Virus record (IMG/VR): IMGVR_UViG_3300019471_000044
DNA: 38,997 nucleotides
Source: a virus
Strand: one strand, 5' to 3'
In this document: positions 26,632 to 34,158 of the stretch, one piece after another
How positions within the stretch are numbered: the stretch's first letter is position 1
Layout of the letters: every line of letters begins with the position of its first letter
Position numbers and translations under genes: made by a program
The notes under the pieces: model-generated
Told to the model about the DNA's origin: nothing
Database searches by the model: none
The model's input: the letters and a program-made list of their open reading frames with translations, nothing else

Positions 26632-27141
26632 TCAAATACCTAAACGATGATTTTCTAGGCCGTCCCTGAAGCTGTACATTTCTTCAAAATATAGCCCGAT
26701 CAAGATTGCGTCCGCTTCATCGTCCTTAACATCTTTATTAAATTTATCTGCCACGATGTCGATTGCTTGCTGTTTCAAAACCTGCCGGCCTTTGCCTTTA
26801 ATAGCAAAGTGCTTTCTCCAGGTCCGCACGTTAACAAAGTAAACGCGGTCCGCGATAAGATGGGAAAGGATAATGCCCGTTGCTATTCCGATTTTAACCA
26901 TCGTTTGCTGGTTGCCACCTCCGACGTTGTTCTGCTCGATCACGATCTCTTTAAAAGGCTTGTTATACTTTAAAATTAGCCGTGACTGAATAGCTTTCAG
27001 TTTGTTTGCCATTTGCAAGGCTCGCTCTAGAAATGTACCTTTAGGGTTGACCACTCCACTTTCTAACAGGTCTGGGCCGTCATATACAGCCCAGCCTGTC
27101 GCACTAGTGGAAGCGTCAAGTGATAACGTCAATTCTTTCAT
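26632..27141 (-). CDS. RuvC-like Holliday junction resolvase
   Basis: N-terminus LTLSLDASTSATGWAVY has the catalytic Asp in a beta1 context. The later acidic DDEADAI motif is typical of phage RuvC-type resolvases. Confidence 0.7.
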   Translation of the reverse strand: MKELTLSLDASTSATGWAVYDGPDLLESGVVNPKGTFLERALQMANKLKAIQSRLILKYNKPFKEIVIEQNNVGGGNQQTMVKIGIATGIILSHLIADRVYFVNVRTWRKHFAIKGKGRQVLKQQAIDIVADKFNKDVKDDEADAILIGLYFEEMYSFRDGLENHRLGI

Positions 27142-27144
27142 TCG

Positions 27145-27474
27145 TTACTCCAAGCCACGTTTTAATAAACGACTCAAGAAATCTTTGAATTCATCTTCTT
27201 CATCGTTCACTTCCGGCTCTTTTAAAACTGAGCCATCTTTCTCAGTGATCTCGTATTCTGCTTTGATTTTGACTAGGCGACCACCTACAGCCTTAGCCAG
27301 ATTTTCCATGGATTCTTCGGTTTCTTCATCTTTTTTTTCAAAAATCAATGCACAGCGAACTTCATTAGTGAATCCAGCACTAAACGTTAATGAGTGTTCT
27401 TGATTTTTATATTCTGTTAAAAATTTGTTTGTTCCATTTTGTGCGATTGTGTAAAATTCTTTTTGTTGTTTCAT
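27145..27474 (-). CDS. Hypothetical protein (109 aa)
   Basis: Co-oriented ORF with RBS. Confidence 0.55.
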   Translation of the reverse strand: MKQQKEFYTIAQNGTNKFLTEYKNQEHSLTFSAGFTNEVRCALIFEKKDEETEESMENLAKAVGGRLVKIKAEYEITEKDGSVLKEPEVNDEEDEFKDFLSRLLKRGLE

Positions 27475-27489
27475 GTTATTTCTCCTTTT

Positions 27490-27708
27490 TTAAAATAAAG
27501 TTAGTTGCTGTTTAAAATCTGCCAAAGTAAGACCGATTAATTTTAGGTCGTTACTGATCGCGGTTAGATCGTTAGTGATAATTATTTTGTTTAATTCCCT
27601 TGAATACCGCTGTGTCTGATATCCTCCAAGATCATCTTTATCCCAGATATCTTGTATAGTTTTAATTTCTGGATATTCTCTGGCAAAATGTTCTTCAATC
27701 CAAGTCAT
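27490..27708 (-). CDS. Hypothetical protein (72 aa)
   Basis: Co-oriented ORF. Confidence 0.5.
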   Translation of the reverse strand: MTWIEEHFAREYPEIKTIQDIWDKDDLGGYQTQRYSRELNKIIITNDLTAISNDLKLIGLTLADFKQQLTLF

Positions 27709-27738
27709 AGCAATGTTGATTTGACTCCTTCTGTCATT

Positions 27739-28188
27739 TTATCCTCCCAAATTGCTAAAAGGGACTTCCCATTGATAATCATCGTATTCCCGACAAACAT
27801 CTTTGACAATTTTACCTTTGGAAATTTCAATTTCCTGTGTGAATTCCATTCCACATTCAAATGTAAAGATTTTAATATCAACATCAAACTTACTTGAAAT
27901 TTCTTGATAATTTTCTGGTTCTACTGCCCATGCCTGATTAAAGTCATTTATCTCAATAACCAAATAATCATCATCAAGCCAAAAACTCAATTTATTATTT
28001 TGAATAAAGGCTCTTCTTGTACCATTGATATAAAAATAGGGTGCTGTGGTTGTTAATTCGAACAATCCAATTTCAAGATCCTCTTCAATTTCAACATTAC
28101 CAGCAGCGCAAAACATATATTTCAATGCTTGTGCGATATTCTCTTTTTTTCCTCTTAATTTAAGAGATCCTTCGGCCCAATTTGGCAT
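27739..28188 (-). CDS. Hypothetical protein (149 aa)
   Basis: The N-terminus MPNWAEGSLKLRGKKENI recalls DUF1281-type proteins, from memory. AT-rich gene. Confidence 0.55.
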   Translation of the reverse strand: MPNWAEGSLKLRGKKENIAQALKYMFCAAGNVEIEEDLEIGLFELTTTAPYFYINGTRRAFIQNNKLSFWLDDDYLVIEINDFNQAWAVEPENYQEISSKFDVDIKIFTFECGMEFTQEIEISKGKIVKDVCREYDDYQWEVPFSNLGG

Positions 28189-28208
28189 TATTTTTCTCCT
28201 TTGATTTT

Positions 28209-28637
28209 TTAGAACGGGAGATCATCATCTGAGATGTCCATAGGGTTTGCGTTCATTTGTGTCTGCCGTGAAAAGTCTGGATGACTATATCCCTGTGACT
28301 GCCCACCCTCGCGGTCTTTGCGACTTTCCAATAACTGGAAGCTATCTGCGACTACTTCCGTAACATATACCCGCTGACCTTGCTGGTTTTCGTAGCTTCT
28401 TGTTTGAATGCGACCGGTAATCCCAATCAAAGCCCCTTTCTTGGCCCAGTTTGCGAGATTTTCTGCTTGTTGTCGCCAGATCACACAATTGATGAAATCT
28501 GCTTCACGCTCGCCATTTTGGCTCTTGAAATTGCGGTTAACAGCCAAGCTAAAAGTAGCTACTGCTTGATTGTTTGGGGTGTATCGTAGTTCTAGATCTT
28601 TGGTAAGCCTTCCAACTAAACATACTGAATTTAACAT
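28209..28637 (-). CDS. ssb: Single-stranded DNA-binding protein
   Basis: OB-fold N-terminus [33 protein letters not shown] and the acidic tail DISDDDLPF. Confidence 0.95.
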   Translation of the reverse strand: MLNSVCLVGRLTKDLELRYTPNNQAVATFSLAVNRNFKSQNGEREADFINCVIWRQQAENLANWAKKGALIGITGRIQTRSYENQQGQRVYVTEVVADSFQLLESRKDREGGQSQGYSHPDFSRQTQMNANPMDISDDDLPF

Positions 28638-28640
28638 TGC

Positions 28641-29258
28641 TTATCCTTTCAATTTACCTAATAGCATTTCTGCTTGTTCTACTTGCGATTGTTTAATTTG
28701 CTTGTAGTTTGCAACGTTTAGATGTTGCAAGAACCATTTGGCGATTGAGCCATCTTCTTTCCCTTTCGCTTCTGCGATAGTAGCTATCTCTTTCAAATAG
28801 CGATTGGCTTCCTCTACTGAGATAACTGGATCATTTGCTTTCTTCGCTGATTGCTTCTTCGCTTGTGTGGCTTCGTTGCCGTCGTCGTCCTGGTCGCTAG
28901 TGATCCCAAAGATAGCAGATAGTGCGTACCGTTTCGCATACGTGATAGCTGACCCGATTGATTGCGGGTCGTTCTTGACCGGTTTCATCTTGATCGGATC
29001 GTATTCAATCCATTCTCCAGACTCATGCATAACCAGCGTTCCTACTGTCACGTTTCCAGCTTCGTCGCTGGACGGGTACTGCGTGAATGACAGCCCGTTT
29101 TTGCTTGCTGATTCCGTGATCGCTTCTACCACATTTTCAAGTGGTACATACTTACTTTTAAAAAATGGATTGTTTGCATCTTTCAAAGGCTGTTTCATTT
29201 CTTTTTGAGTCTTTGCAAAAGCCTTGCTCAACTCTGTTATTGTTTCTGATTTATTCAT
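28641..29258 (-). CDS. ERF-family single-strand annealing protein
   Basis: ELSKAFAKTQKEMKQPLKDANNPFFKSKYVPLENV... and AITYAKRYALSAIFGI are typical ERF motifs. It is adjacent to ssb. Confidence 0.85.
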   Translation of the reverse strand: MNKSETITELSKAFAKTQKEMKQPLKDANNPFFKSKYVPLENVVEAITESASKNGLSFTQYPSSDEAGNVTVGTLVMHESGEWIEYDPIKMKPVKNDPQSIGSAITYAKRYALSAIFGITSDQDDDGNEATQAKKQSAKKANDPVISVEEANRYLKEIATIAEAKGKEDGSIAKWFLQHLNVANYKQIKQSQVEQAEMLLGKLKG

Positions 29259-29264
29259 CTTTCC

Positions 29265-29738
29265 TTACCTAATACTCAAATTCTTGTTTTCTACCAAGGT
29301 AGCTCCTGCGATTTCTTGCCCATCTGTTAAAAGTCGTTTTAAAGCCGTCTTATCGGCCTTGTATTCAACTTTCTTGTACTCGTCTGGCAGTAAGACCATG
29401 TCAACCTCAACGGCCTTAGATCGTCTAAATGATACCTTAAACAAGGGGGTATCTACTCGGTCGTGTCCTGTGAGTTCCATGCTTTCCTCAAGCGTGGTTT
29501 TCATGCGCTCTTTCTTGGCCTTGTCCGCATCGTTCAACTTCTTCAAGCGGTCCATTTCATTCTTGCGGGCTTCAATATCTGCATCAAGGTTCTTAATAAC
29601 TTTGACATAGCCCTCGACTTTGTTCTCGTAGTCCTCGTTCCAATCGATGCTGTCCAACGTGTCCTGTTTCGTTTCATCGTCCAGGTCCATGTTATAGATG
29701 TCAAGAAATTGTCCTGTTAGTTCGTAAAGTGTCGCCAT
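29265..29738 (-). CDS. Siphovirus Gp157-family protein
   Basis: N-terminus MATLYELTGQFLDIYNM, with a coiled coil and an ERF/SSB neighbourhood. Confidence 0.75.
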   Translation of the reverse strand: MATLYELTGQFLDIYNMDLDDETKQDTLDSIDWNEDYENKVEGYVKVIKNLDADIEARKNEMDRLKKLNDADKAKKERMKTTLEESMELTGHDRVDTPLFKVSFRRSKAVEVDMVLLPDEYKKVEYKADKTALKRLLTDGQEIAGATLVENKNLSIR

Positions 29739-30060
29739 GTTTTATCTCCTTTTTGATTTTTTTATAGTGATCCCATTTAGTAGATTTTAAGCTGTTCAGT
29801 AGTTTCTGCTCAGTCTTGATCTGCTTCTTGTACTGTAGCACCCAGGCCGTGTACTCATCGTCATTTTCTGCAAAATAGTAACCGCGAGGCAATGAACGGC
29901 TGGCCACGATAGGCACTGAGTAGTTAAGCCGTAGTTCTGCGATACCACCTCGCACCTTTCGGACTGATAAGTTCGTCATTTTGGCAATGTCGCGAGTTGT
30001 CAGTACATTCGCACGACCTACACGAATACAAGCTAGTATTAGCTGTAAGCGTTCGTTCAT
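29701..30060 (-). CDS. Winged-helix/HTH DNA-binding protein
   Basis: LTTRDIAKMTNLSVRKVRGGIAELR is an HTH-like segment. 119 aa. Confidence 0.55.
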   Translation of the reverse strand: MNERLQLILACIRVGRANVLTTRDIAKMTNLSVRKVRGGIAELRLNYSVPIVASRSLPRGYYFAENDDEYTAWVLQYKKQIKTEQKLLNSLKSTKWDHYKKIKKEIKHGDTLRTNRTIS

Positions 30061-30063
30061 AGC

Positions 30064-30219
30064 TTACTCTCCTTTTTTTAGTTGTTTAATTTCTTCTCTC
30101 AACCGTTGATTAGTATTGAGATGTACCCTAATCAAATTCGTCTGGATCTTGTTTCTTTCGTAGAAGATCGAAAGTAAAGACTTTAATTCTTTGATTTGTT
30201 TTGACTTTCTAAAAAACAT
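30064..30219 (-). CDS. Small ORF (51 aa), missed by the 60-aa cutoff
   Basis: ATG at 30219 with AAGGAG 6 nt upstream. Reads MFFRKSKQIKELKSLLSIFYERNKIQTNLIRVHLNTNQRLREEIKQLKKGE and fills the gap exactly. Confidence 0.5.
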   Translation of the reverse strand: MFFRKSKQIKELKSLLSIFYERNKIQTNLIRVHLNTNQRLREEIKQLKKGE

Positions 30220-30228
30220 AGTTGCTCC

Positions 30229-30459
30229 TTAAAAGTCGTTGTCAGAAATCGAATATTTCCGACGTTCAGCAAGATCGGCCCAGACGCTTGTCTTAATTTC
30301 GTTCTGGTAGTCTTGCTCCATATCGAGCATTTCTTGCAGGTTGTCTTGTTTACGTTGTTTTTTCTTAATATCAAGGTAGCAAGTGATGTACCCGATTAGA
30401 TAAAAGCTAGATGCGATTAGTGTAGCTCCTAAAATTTGGCTGATTGTCATTTCAAACAT
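30229..30459 (-). CDS. Small membrane protein (76 aa)
   Basis: N-terminal TM segment ILGATLIASSFYLIGYITCYL followed by a charged tail. Confidence 0.6.
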   Translation of the reverse strand: MFEMTISQILGATLIASSFYLIGYITCYLDIKKKQRKQDNLQEMLDMEQDYQNEIKTSVWADLAERRKYSISDNDF

Positions 30460-30463
30460 TTTT

Positions 30464-30604
30464 TCATTTCTCCTTGTTGATTCGTCTGATTGCGTTGTAA
30501 TATCCGCTATTTTTTGGTATCGTGTATCCCGTCAAGTCTTCTACCTGGCTACCGTCCGCCATAATATTGATTATGCGCGGTCGCCATTGATTTTTATTTC
30601 TCAT
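30464..30604 (-). CDS. Small ORF (46 aa)
   Basis: ATG at 30604 with AAAGGAA upstream. Reads MRNKNQWRPRIINIMADGSQVEDLTGYTIPKNSGYYNAIRRINKEK. Confidence 0.45.
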   Translation of the reverse strand: MRNKNQWRPRIINIMADGSQVEDLTGYTIPKNSGYYNAIRRINKEK

Positions 30605-30615
30605 CGTGTTATAAT
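30587..30615 (+). promoter_or_regulatory. Plus-strand sigma70-type promoter inside the minus-strand early operon
   Basis: TTGATT (30587-30592), a 17-nt spacer ending in TGT (extended -10), then TATAAT (30610-30615). Confidence 0.5.
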
Positions 30616-30621
30616 TCCTTT

Positions 30622-30676
30622 AGAAAAGTTTTATCTCTGGTCTTTTGGGGTCCCGTTCCCAAAGGGCCTTTTTTTT
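30622..30676 (+). ncRNA. Candidate cis-antisense sRNA of about 55 nt
   Basis: Defined by the promoter at 30587-30615 and the strong plus-strand terminator at 30639-30676. It is antisense to the early-mRNA intergenic region next to the RBS of ORF 30464-30604. Confidence 0.45.
30639..30676 (+). terminator. Strong plus-strand-specific intrinsic terminator
   Basis: GGUCUUUUGGG-GUCCCGUU-CCCAAAGGGCC (11 bp, two G-U) followed by U8. On the minus strand the G-U pairs become A-C mismatches and no U-tract follows. Confidence 0.7.
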
Positions 30677-30809
30677 ATGCTCTGCCAGCTAGACGGCAAG
30701 CGTACAGGTCCATGATCTTACCTCTAGCACTATCTGTATCGCTGGCTAGTAGCTTTGCTTTAAATTCATCTGAAAGCTCGTAGCAAGTAGCTTCGAAGCC
30801 CTCAATCAT
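30675..30809 (-). CDS. Possible small ORF (44 aa)
   Basis: MIEGFEATCYELSDEFKAKLLASDTDSARGKIMDLYACRLAGRA. There is no good RBS at proper spacing. Confidence 0.25.
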   Translation of the reverse strand: MIEGFEATCYELSDEFKAKLLASDTDSARGKIMDLYACRLAGRA

Positions 30810-30817
30810 TTTGTCAA

Positions 30818-31612
30818 TCAAAACGGCAATTTCCTCCTGTCTTCTGCGTTGTCCGGATATTTAAAGTAAAGGTCCCGTCCGCCTTTTGTGATGCGACTTC
30901 TTAGACCGTCGTCATACGCTTCTTTCATCGCCTTACCTCCCATGTTGGTAGTTATGATCGTTTTATCGCGATGATCTAAAAGCGTATAGAGGAAGTCTTG
31001 CTTCCACTGCCCGCGGTCGCCCTTGCCTAAATCGTCAAGGATAAGGAAGTCAACCTTAGTCAGTAGATCCAGCCAGTCATTAGTTGACATAGACCCTTTC
31101 TTATCAAACCCGCCTTGTATCTTCTGAAATAGAGTGGGTACATTGACAAACAAGATGCTTTTAGGAATTTTATTTGCTTTGAAGTCTGCGTTTAGCTTCT
31201 CCGCGATTGCTAGTGCGAGGTGCGTTTTACCTCGTCCAGCTTCACCCATTATCAAAGCGTTTCCTCGTCCGTCATGTAAATAATGATGTACCAGCCGTAA
31301 AGCGTAGTTCCTGGCTTTTTCGTCAATCTCGTTTGATACCGTAAAGGTTTTAAAGGTTGCGTCTTTCATTTCTGGCGGTATGATGCTGTTTTTATCAAAA
31401 ACATCGTAAGTCTTGCGCAAGATAGTAGCTGTTTGAGCTTGACCTATCTTTTGCTCTTCTTCACGCGCCATCTTTTCTCTTTGACACTCTGGGCAAAAGG
31501 TTCTGTTCCGTTCGTCCTGCAGTGGTACATCATCGTTTAACGACCACTTAAAGCACGAATGTATTGAGCAAGTCTCTTGCTCGTTTATGTGGTAGACAAG
31601 CGGTAAATCCAT
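30818..31612 (-). CDS. DnaC/IstB-like AAA+ helicase loader
   Basis: Walker A GEAGRGKTHLA, Walker B FLILDDLG, and an N-terminal Cys-rich segment (CPECQ). It is downstream of the DnaD-like gene. Confidence 0.85.
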   Translation of the reverse strand: MDLPLVYHINEQETCSIHSCFKWSLNDDVPLQDERNRTFCPECQREKMAREEEQKIGQAQTATILRKTYDVFDKNSIIPPEMKDATFKTFTVSNEIDEKARNYALRLVHHYLHDGRGNALIMGEAGRGKTHLALAIAEKLNADFKANKIPKSILFVNVPTLFQKIQGGFDKKGSMSTNDWLDLLTKVDFLILDDLGKGDRGQWKQDFLYTLLDHRDKTIITTNMGGKAMKEAYDDGLRSRITKGGRDLYFKYPDNAEDRRKLPF

Positions 31613-31623
31613 GCTGTCACCCC

Positions 31624-32421
31624 CTAAAACCCTAATTCCGGATCTATTTCGTGAACGCTTATGTCAGTTCCGAGAAGTGCGTACTTGCCACTCTTGAAAT
31701 CTTTCTGGCCGTTGTATGTTTTAGGCTTCTTAGATGATTTATATTTCTCATCTGCCTGCTCCGCTTCCTCAACCGTTGTTACACCGTTCTTTTTCCAGTT
31801 ATCCAAGATACTCTTTAAATATCTGAAATTTCTAGCTTCGTTGTCTGCTGACTTGCTGATAGCAAGCTGGACAAGTTCTATATTCATACCGTCTAAAGCG
31901 ATATAATCGAATAACTGTTGAAATTGAATTTGATCTAATTTAAAACCTCTACTTCTGAGTGTCTGTGCGATAGATCCAGATTGAATATTTTCTAATTTTT
32001 GAGGCCTATCATCATCATCATTAATATTGGTTATATTAGTATTGATATTATTAGTCTTGATTGGCTGTAATTTTTCCAGTTCTTGACCTGTAATTTTTAC
32101 AGTTCCGTTGATATACAAGCGGTTTGGCCTGTTTACCCCCTGTCTAACTTCTTTTATCAAGCCATATTTCTCCAATTCTTTCTTAGAAGAAATAATAGTT
32201 TTTTCTGAGCAGTTAAGTTTGTCCATCATCTGCTGGTTTGTGAAGTACATATACACGTCGCCGTTTTTGTCGTACCAGTTATTTTCTAGTGACAAGGAAC
32301 GTCTATCAAAGATTAGCGCATATACCACCTTAGCTCTTAGGCTCATGTCTTTGTATTCTGGATCAAACAACCATTGCGGTAGTTGATAGAATGCGTTGTT
32401 CTTCACTTCATTTATCTTCAC
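31624..32421 (-). CDS. Replisome organizer / DnaD-domain replication initiation protein
   Basis: N-terminal replisome-organizer-like region (YQLPQWLF...SLRAKVVYALI) and a C-terminal DnaD-like segment (FRYLKSILDNWKKNGVTTVEEA). Confidence 0.8.
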   Translation of the reverse strand: MKINEVKNNAFYQLPQWLFDPEYKDMSLRAKVVYALIFDRRSLSLENNWYDKNGDVYMYFTNQQMMDKLNCSEKTIISSKKELEKYGLIKEVRQGVNRPNRLYINGTVKITGQELEKLQPIKTNNINTNITNINDDDDRPQKLENIQSGSIAQTLRSRGFKLDQIQFQQLFDYIALDGMNIELVQLAISKSADNEARNFRYLKSILDNWKKNGVTTVEEAEQADEKYKSSKKPKTYNGQKDFKSGKYALLGTDISVHEIDPELGF

Positions 32422-32446
32422 CTTTTCTCCTTTCTATTTACTTACA

Positions 32447-32469
32447 AAAGTTCACGCTTCGTGAACTTT
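32447..32469. promoter_or_regulatory. Operator-like 23-bp palindrome (O3) between the cro-like and replication genes
   Basis: AAAGTTCACG-CTT-CGTGAACTTT has perfect 10-bp arms and shares the CGTGAACTTTG half-site with the two sites in the switch region. Confidence 0.6.
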
Positions 32470-32676
32470 GTATTTAAAAAAATAAGCTGGGATATCTTTC
32501 GGATCAAGGCCAAGCACTTCAACCGCTTTTGAAATTTCGCTATCTTTCCAAGATACCTTGTTATTCAATTTAAGCGAGATACTGCGCTCCGATACCCCCA
32601 TAGCCTGGGCGAATGCCAGTTGCGTTCCCATCTTCTCTGTGATCGCGCCTAGCAACTTTGAGTAGTCATTGCTCAT
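32452..32676 (-). CDS. Cro-like HTH regulator (74 aa)
   Basis: Start MSNDYSKLLGAITEKMGTQLAFAQAMGVSERSISLKL with RBS AAAGGAG. It is divergent from the cI-like gene. The longer track ORF is an RBS-less extension. Confidence 0.8.
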   Translation of the reverse strand: MSNDYSKLLGAITEKMGTQLAFAQAMGVSERSISLKLNNKVSWKDSEISKAVEVLGLDPKDIPAYFFKYKVHEA

Positions 32677-32695
32677 ATTGTAGCTCCTTTCTTTG

Positions 32696-32715
32696 TTCAC
32701 GTTTCGTGAACTTTG
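32696..32715. promoter_or_regulatory. Operator site (O1) in the cro leader
   Basis: TTCACG-TTT-CGTGAA palindrome followed by CTTTG, between the PR -10 box and the cro RBS. Confidence 0.6.
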
Positions 32716-32726
32716 ATTATGGTTAA

Positions 32727-32755
32727 AGTATACCACGCACCGTGAACTTTGTCAA
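32727..32755 (-). promoter_or_regulatory. Early lytic promoter (PR-like) with an embedded operator (O2)
   Basis: Minus strand: TTGACA (32755-32750), a 17-nt spacer, then TATACT (32732-32727). The spacer contains the imperfect palindrome TTCACG-GTG-CGTGGT (32732-32746). Confidence 0.75.
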
Positions 32756-32806
32756 CAGTTTTTTTCATAATTCTTGAACTTTTTTATTTTTATTTTTCAA
32801 ATATTG

Positions 32807-32815
32807 TGATATACT
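32807..32815 (+). promoter_or_regulatory. Possible extended -10 promoter for the cI-like operon
   Basis: TGATATACT (TGn plus TATACT) lies 27 nt upstream of the cI-like ATG. No good -35 box. Confidence 0.3.
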
Positions 32816-32841
32816 ATAGTAGAAATAAGGAGTTGATCAAA

Positions 32842-33234
32842 ATGAGAAAGTACGAAACAGCGGATAGAATACGACAGCTAATGGAAGAAAAGAACTGGAA
32901 ACAAGTAGACATCTTCAATAATTCAAAACCATATCAAGAAAAATTAGGTGTCAAACTTGGCAAAAGTGCAATCTCACAATATGTAAATGGTGTACAAGCA
33001 CCAGACCAAAGACGGCTGGCCTTGCTTGCCTTAACTTTTAACGTGTCAGAGGCTTGGCTCATGGGATATGACGTCCCACGGGAGCGGGAAGCAACCGCTG
33101 AAACGGGCTATTCAGAAACAGACTTGCGCAAGCTGGCCGAAAGCGCAAAGACTTTCGACGGCAAGCCGTTGACTGAAAACGATATACAAGCGATTAAAAA
33201 CATAATAGAAATATACCTACAAGGCAGATTATGA
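32842..33234 (+). CDS. cI-like repressor (XRE HTH)
   Basis: Start MRKYETADRIRQLMEEKNWKQVDI with RBS AAGGAG. HTH is SAISQYVNGVQAPDQRRLALLALTFNVSEAWLMG. An ImmA-like protease gene follows. Confidence 0.85.
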   Translation: MRKYETADRIRQLMEEKNWKQVDIFNNSKPYQEKLGVKLGKSAISQYVNGVQAPDQRRLALLALTFNVSEAWLMGYDVPREREATAETGYSETDLRKLAESAKTFDGKPLTENDIQAIKNIIEIYLQGRL

Positions 33235-33608
33235 CGATAGAAGAAATTTGTGACAGCGAGGGAGTGACACTCGCTTACTTTGATAACGACCTATGGCAAC
33301 GGCCTGGAATGATAATCTCAGATATGAGGATTATCTTTGTTAATAAATCACTAACTAGAGAGGCCCAGAAAAGGGTTGTATTGCACGAATTAGGCCACCT
33401 AGACCATACCGAGGCCAATTATACTATCAACCCGATAAAGTGCGAAAATGAAGCCAACCGGGCCATGATTCACGCGCTACTGAGAGAGGAGCTGGAAAGA
33501 GTAGACAAGGAAGAATTTAACTACTTAAATTTTATGGAAAGACACAAACTAAAGTCAGTGACCGATGAACTAATGGTTATTGATGAATTTTATAGGCTAG
33601 TTGGGTAG
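33231..33608 (+). CDS. ImmA/IrrE-family metallopeptidase (anti-repressor protease)
   Basis: HEXXH motif in VLHELGHLDH. 125 aa, and it overlaps the repressor stop by 4 nt. Confidence 0.8.
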   Translation: MTIEEICDSEGVTLAYFDNDLWQRPGMIISDMRIIFVNKSLTREAQKRVVLHELGHLDHTEANYTINPIKCENEANRAMIHALLREELERVDKEEFNYLNFMERHKLKSVTDELMVIDEFYRLVG

Positions 33609-33621
33609 CCGGGAGGGAAAT

Positions 33622-34158
33622 ATGAAAAAGGTAACATTTGCAGCAGTAGCCATACTAACTCTATTTATTGCCGGGTGCAGTCAAAACGAAGAATCTGAAC
33701 CAAGCCAAGAAGAAGCAACCGAGCAAGTGACAACCGAGTCCAGCTCAGAAAAAACGCAAAAAGAAAAGGCTTGGGAGCTGGTAGACAAGGCTAAAGCCAA
33801 AAGCAAAGAAGAAAACCAAGGCGAAGAGAAATATAGAATGGCTACTGGACGGGTAAGTAAGGCTAGACCGCTACTGGATCAATTTGCAAACTCTTATAAA
33901 CAGTGGCTTGACTCAAGTCAAATGGACGTATACTATCGTAGCGATGGTATGGCTGTAGTGTTGCCTGTAGCATCGTCTGAATTGACAAATGACCAGCTAC
34001 ACCAAACTGTGGACGGCTTGCTGAAAATTAAAAATGACGTGGAAAAGACTTACAAAATAACCGACAAAGATTTTACAGCACCGCCCGTATATGTATTTGA
34101 TAAAGATGAAAACCGCCTGGCATACGAAGAAAACGGCACGATGATTTACGATAAATAA
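33622..34158 (+). CDS. Lipoprotein (possible superinfection-exclusion/lysogenic conversion factor)
   Basis: Signal peptide plus lipobox MKKVTFAAVAILTLFIAGCS, with RBS GGGAGGGAAA. It lies in the lysogeny operon. Confidence 0.75.
   Translation: MKKVTFAAVAILTLFIAGCSQNEESEPSQEEATEQVTTESSSEKTQKEKAWELVDKAKAKSKEENQGEEKYRMATGRVSKARPLLDQFANSYKQWLDSSQMDVYYRSDGMAVVLPVASSELTNDQLHQTVDGLLKIKNDVEKTYKITDKDFTAPPVYVFDKDENRLAYEENGTMIYDK

Noticed and set aside
27705-30374. Overlapping alternative-frame ORFs 27705-27887 and 30183-30374
   Set aside because: They overlap better-supported genes in other frames. They have a basic, low-complexity composition and no RBS.
30822-30831. A fourth copy of AATTGCCGTT (minus-strand orientation) at the 3' end of the DnaC-like gene
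   Set aside because: It is a single isolated copy inside coding sequence (codons RKLPF-stop), on the opposite strand and without the 28-bp phasing. Coincidence cannot be excluded, so it was not grouped with the array.
32749-32841. N-terminal extension of the cI-like ORF (MSTVFFIILELFYFYFSNIVIYYSRNKELIK...)
   Set aside because: It is a translation of the AT-rich promoter/operator region and has no RBS. The ATG at 32842 has a strong AAGGAG and gives a normal HTH repressor N-terminus.
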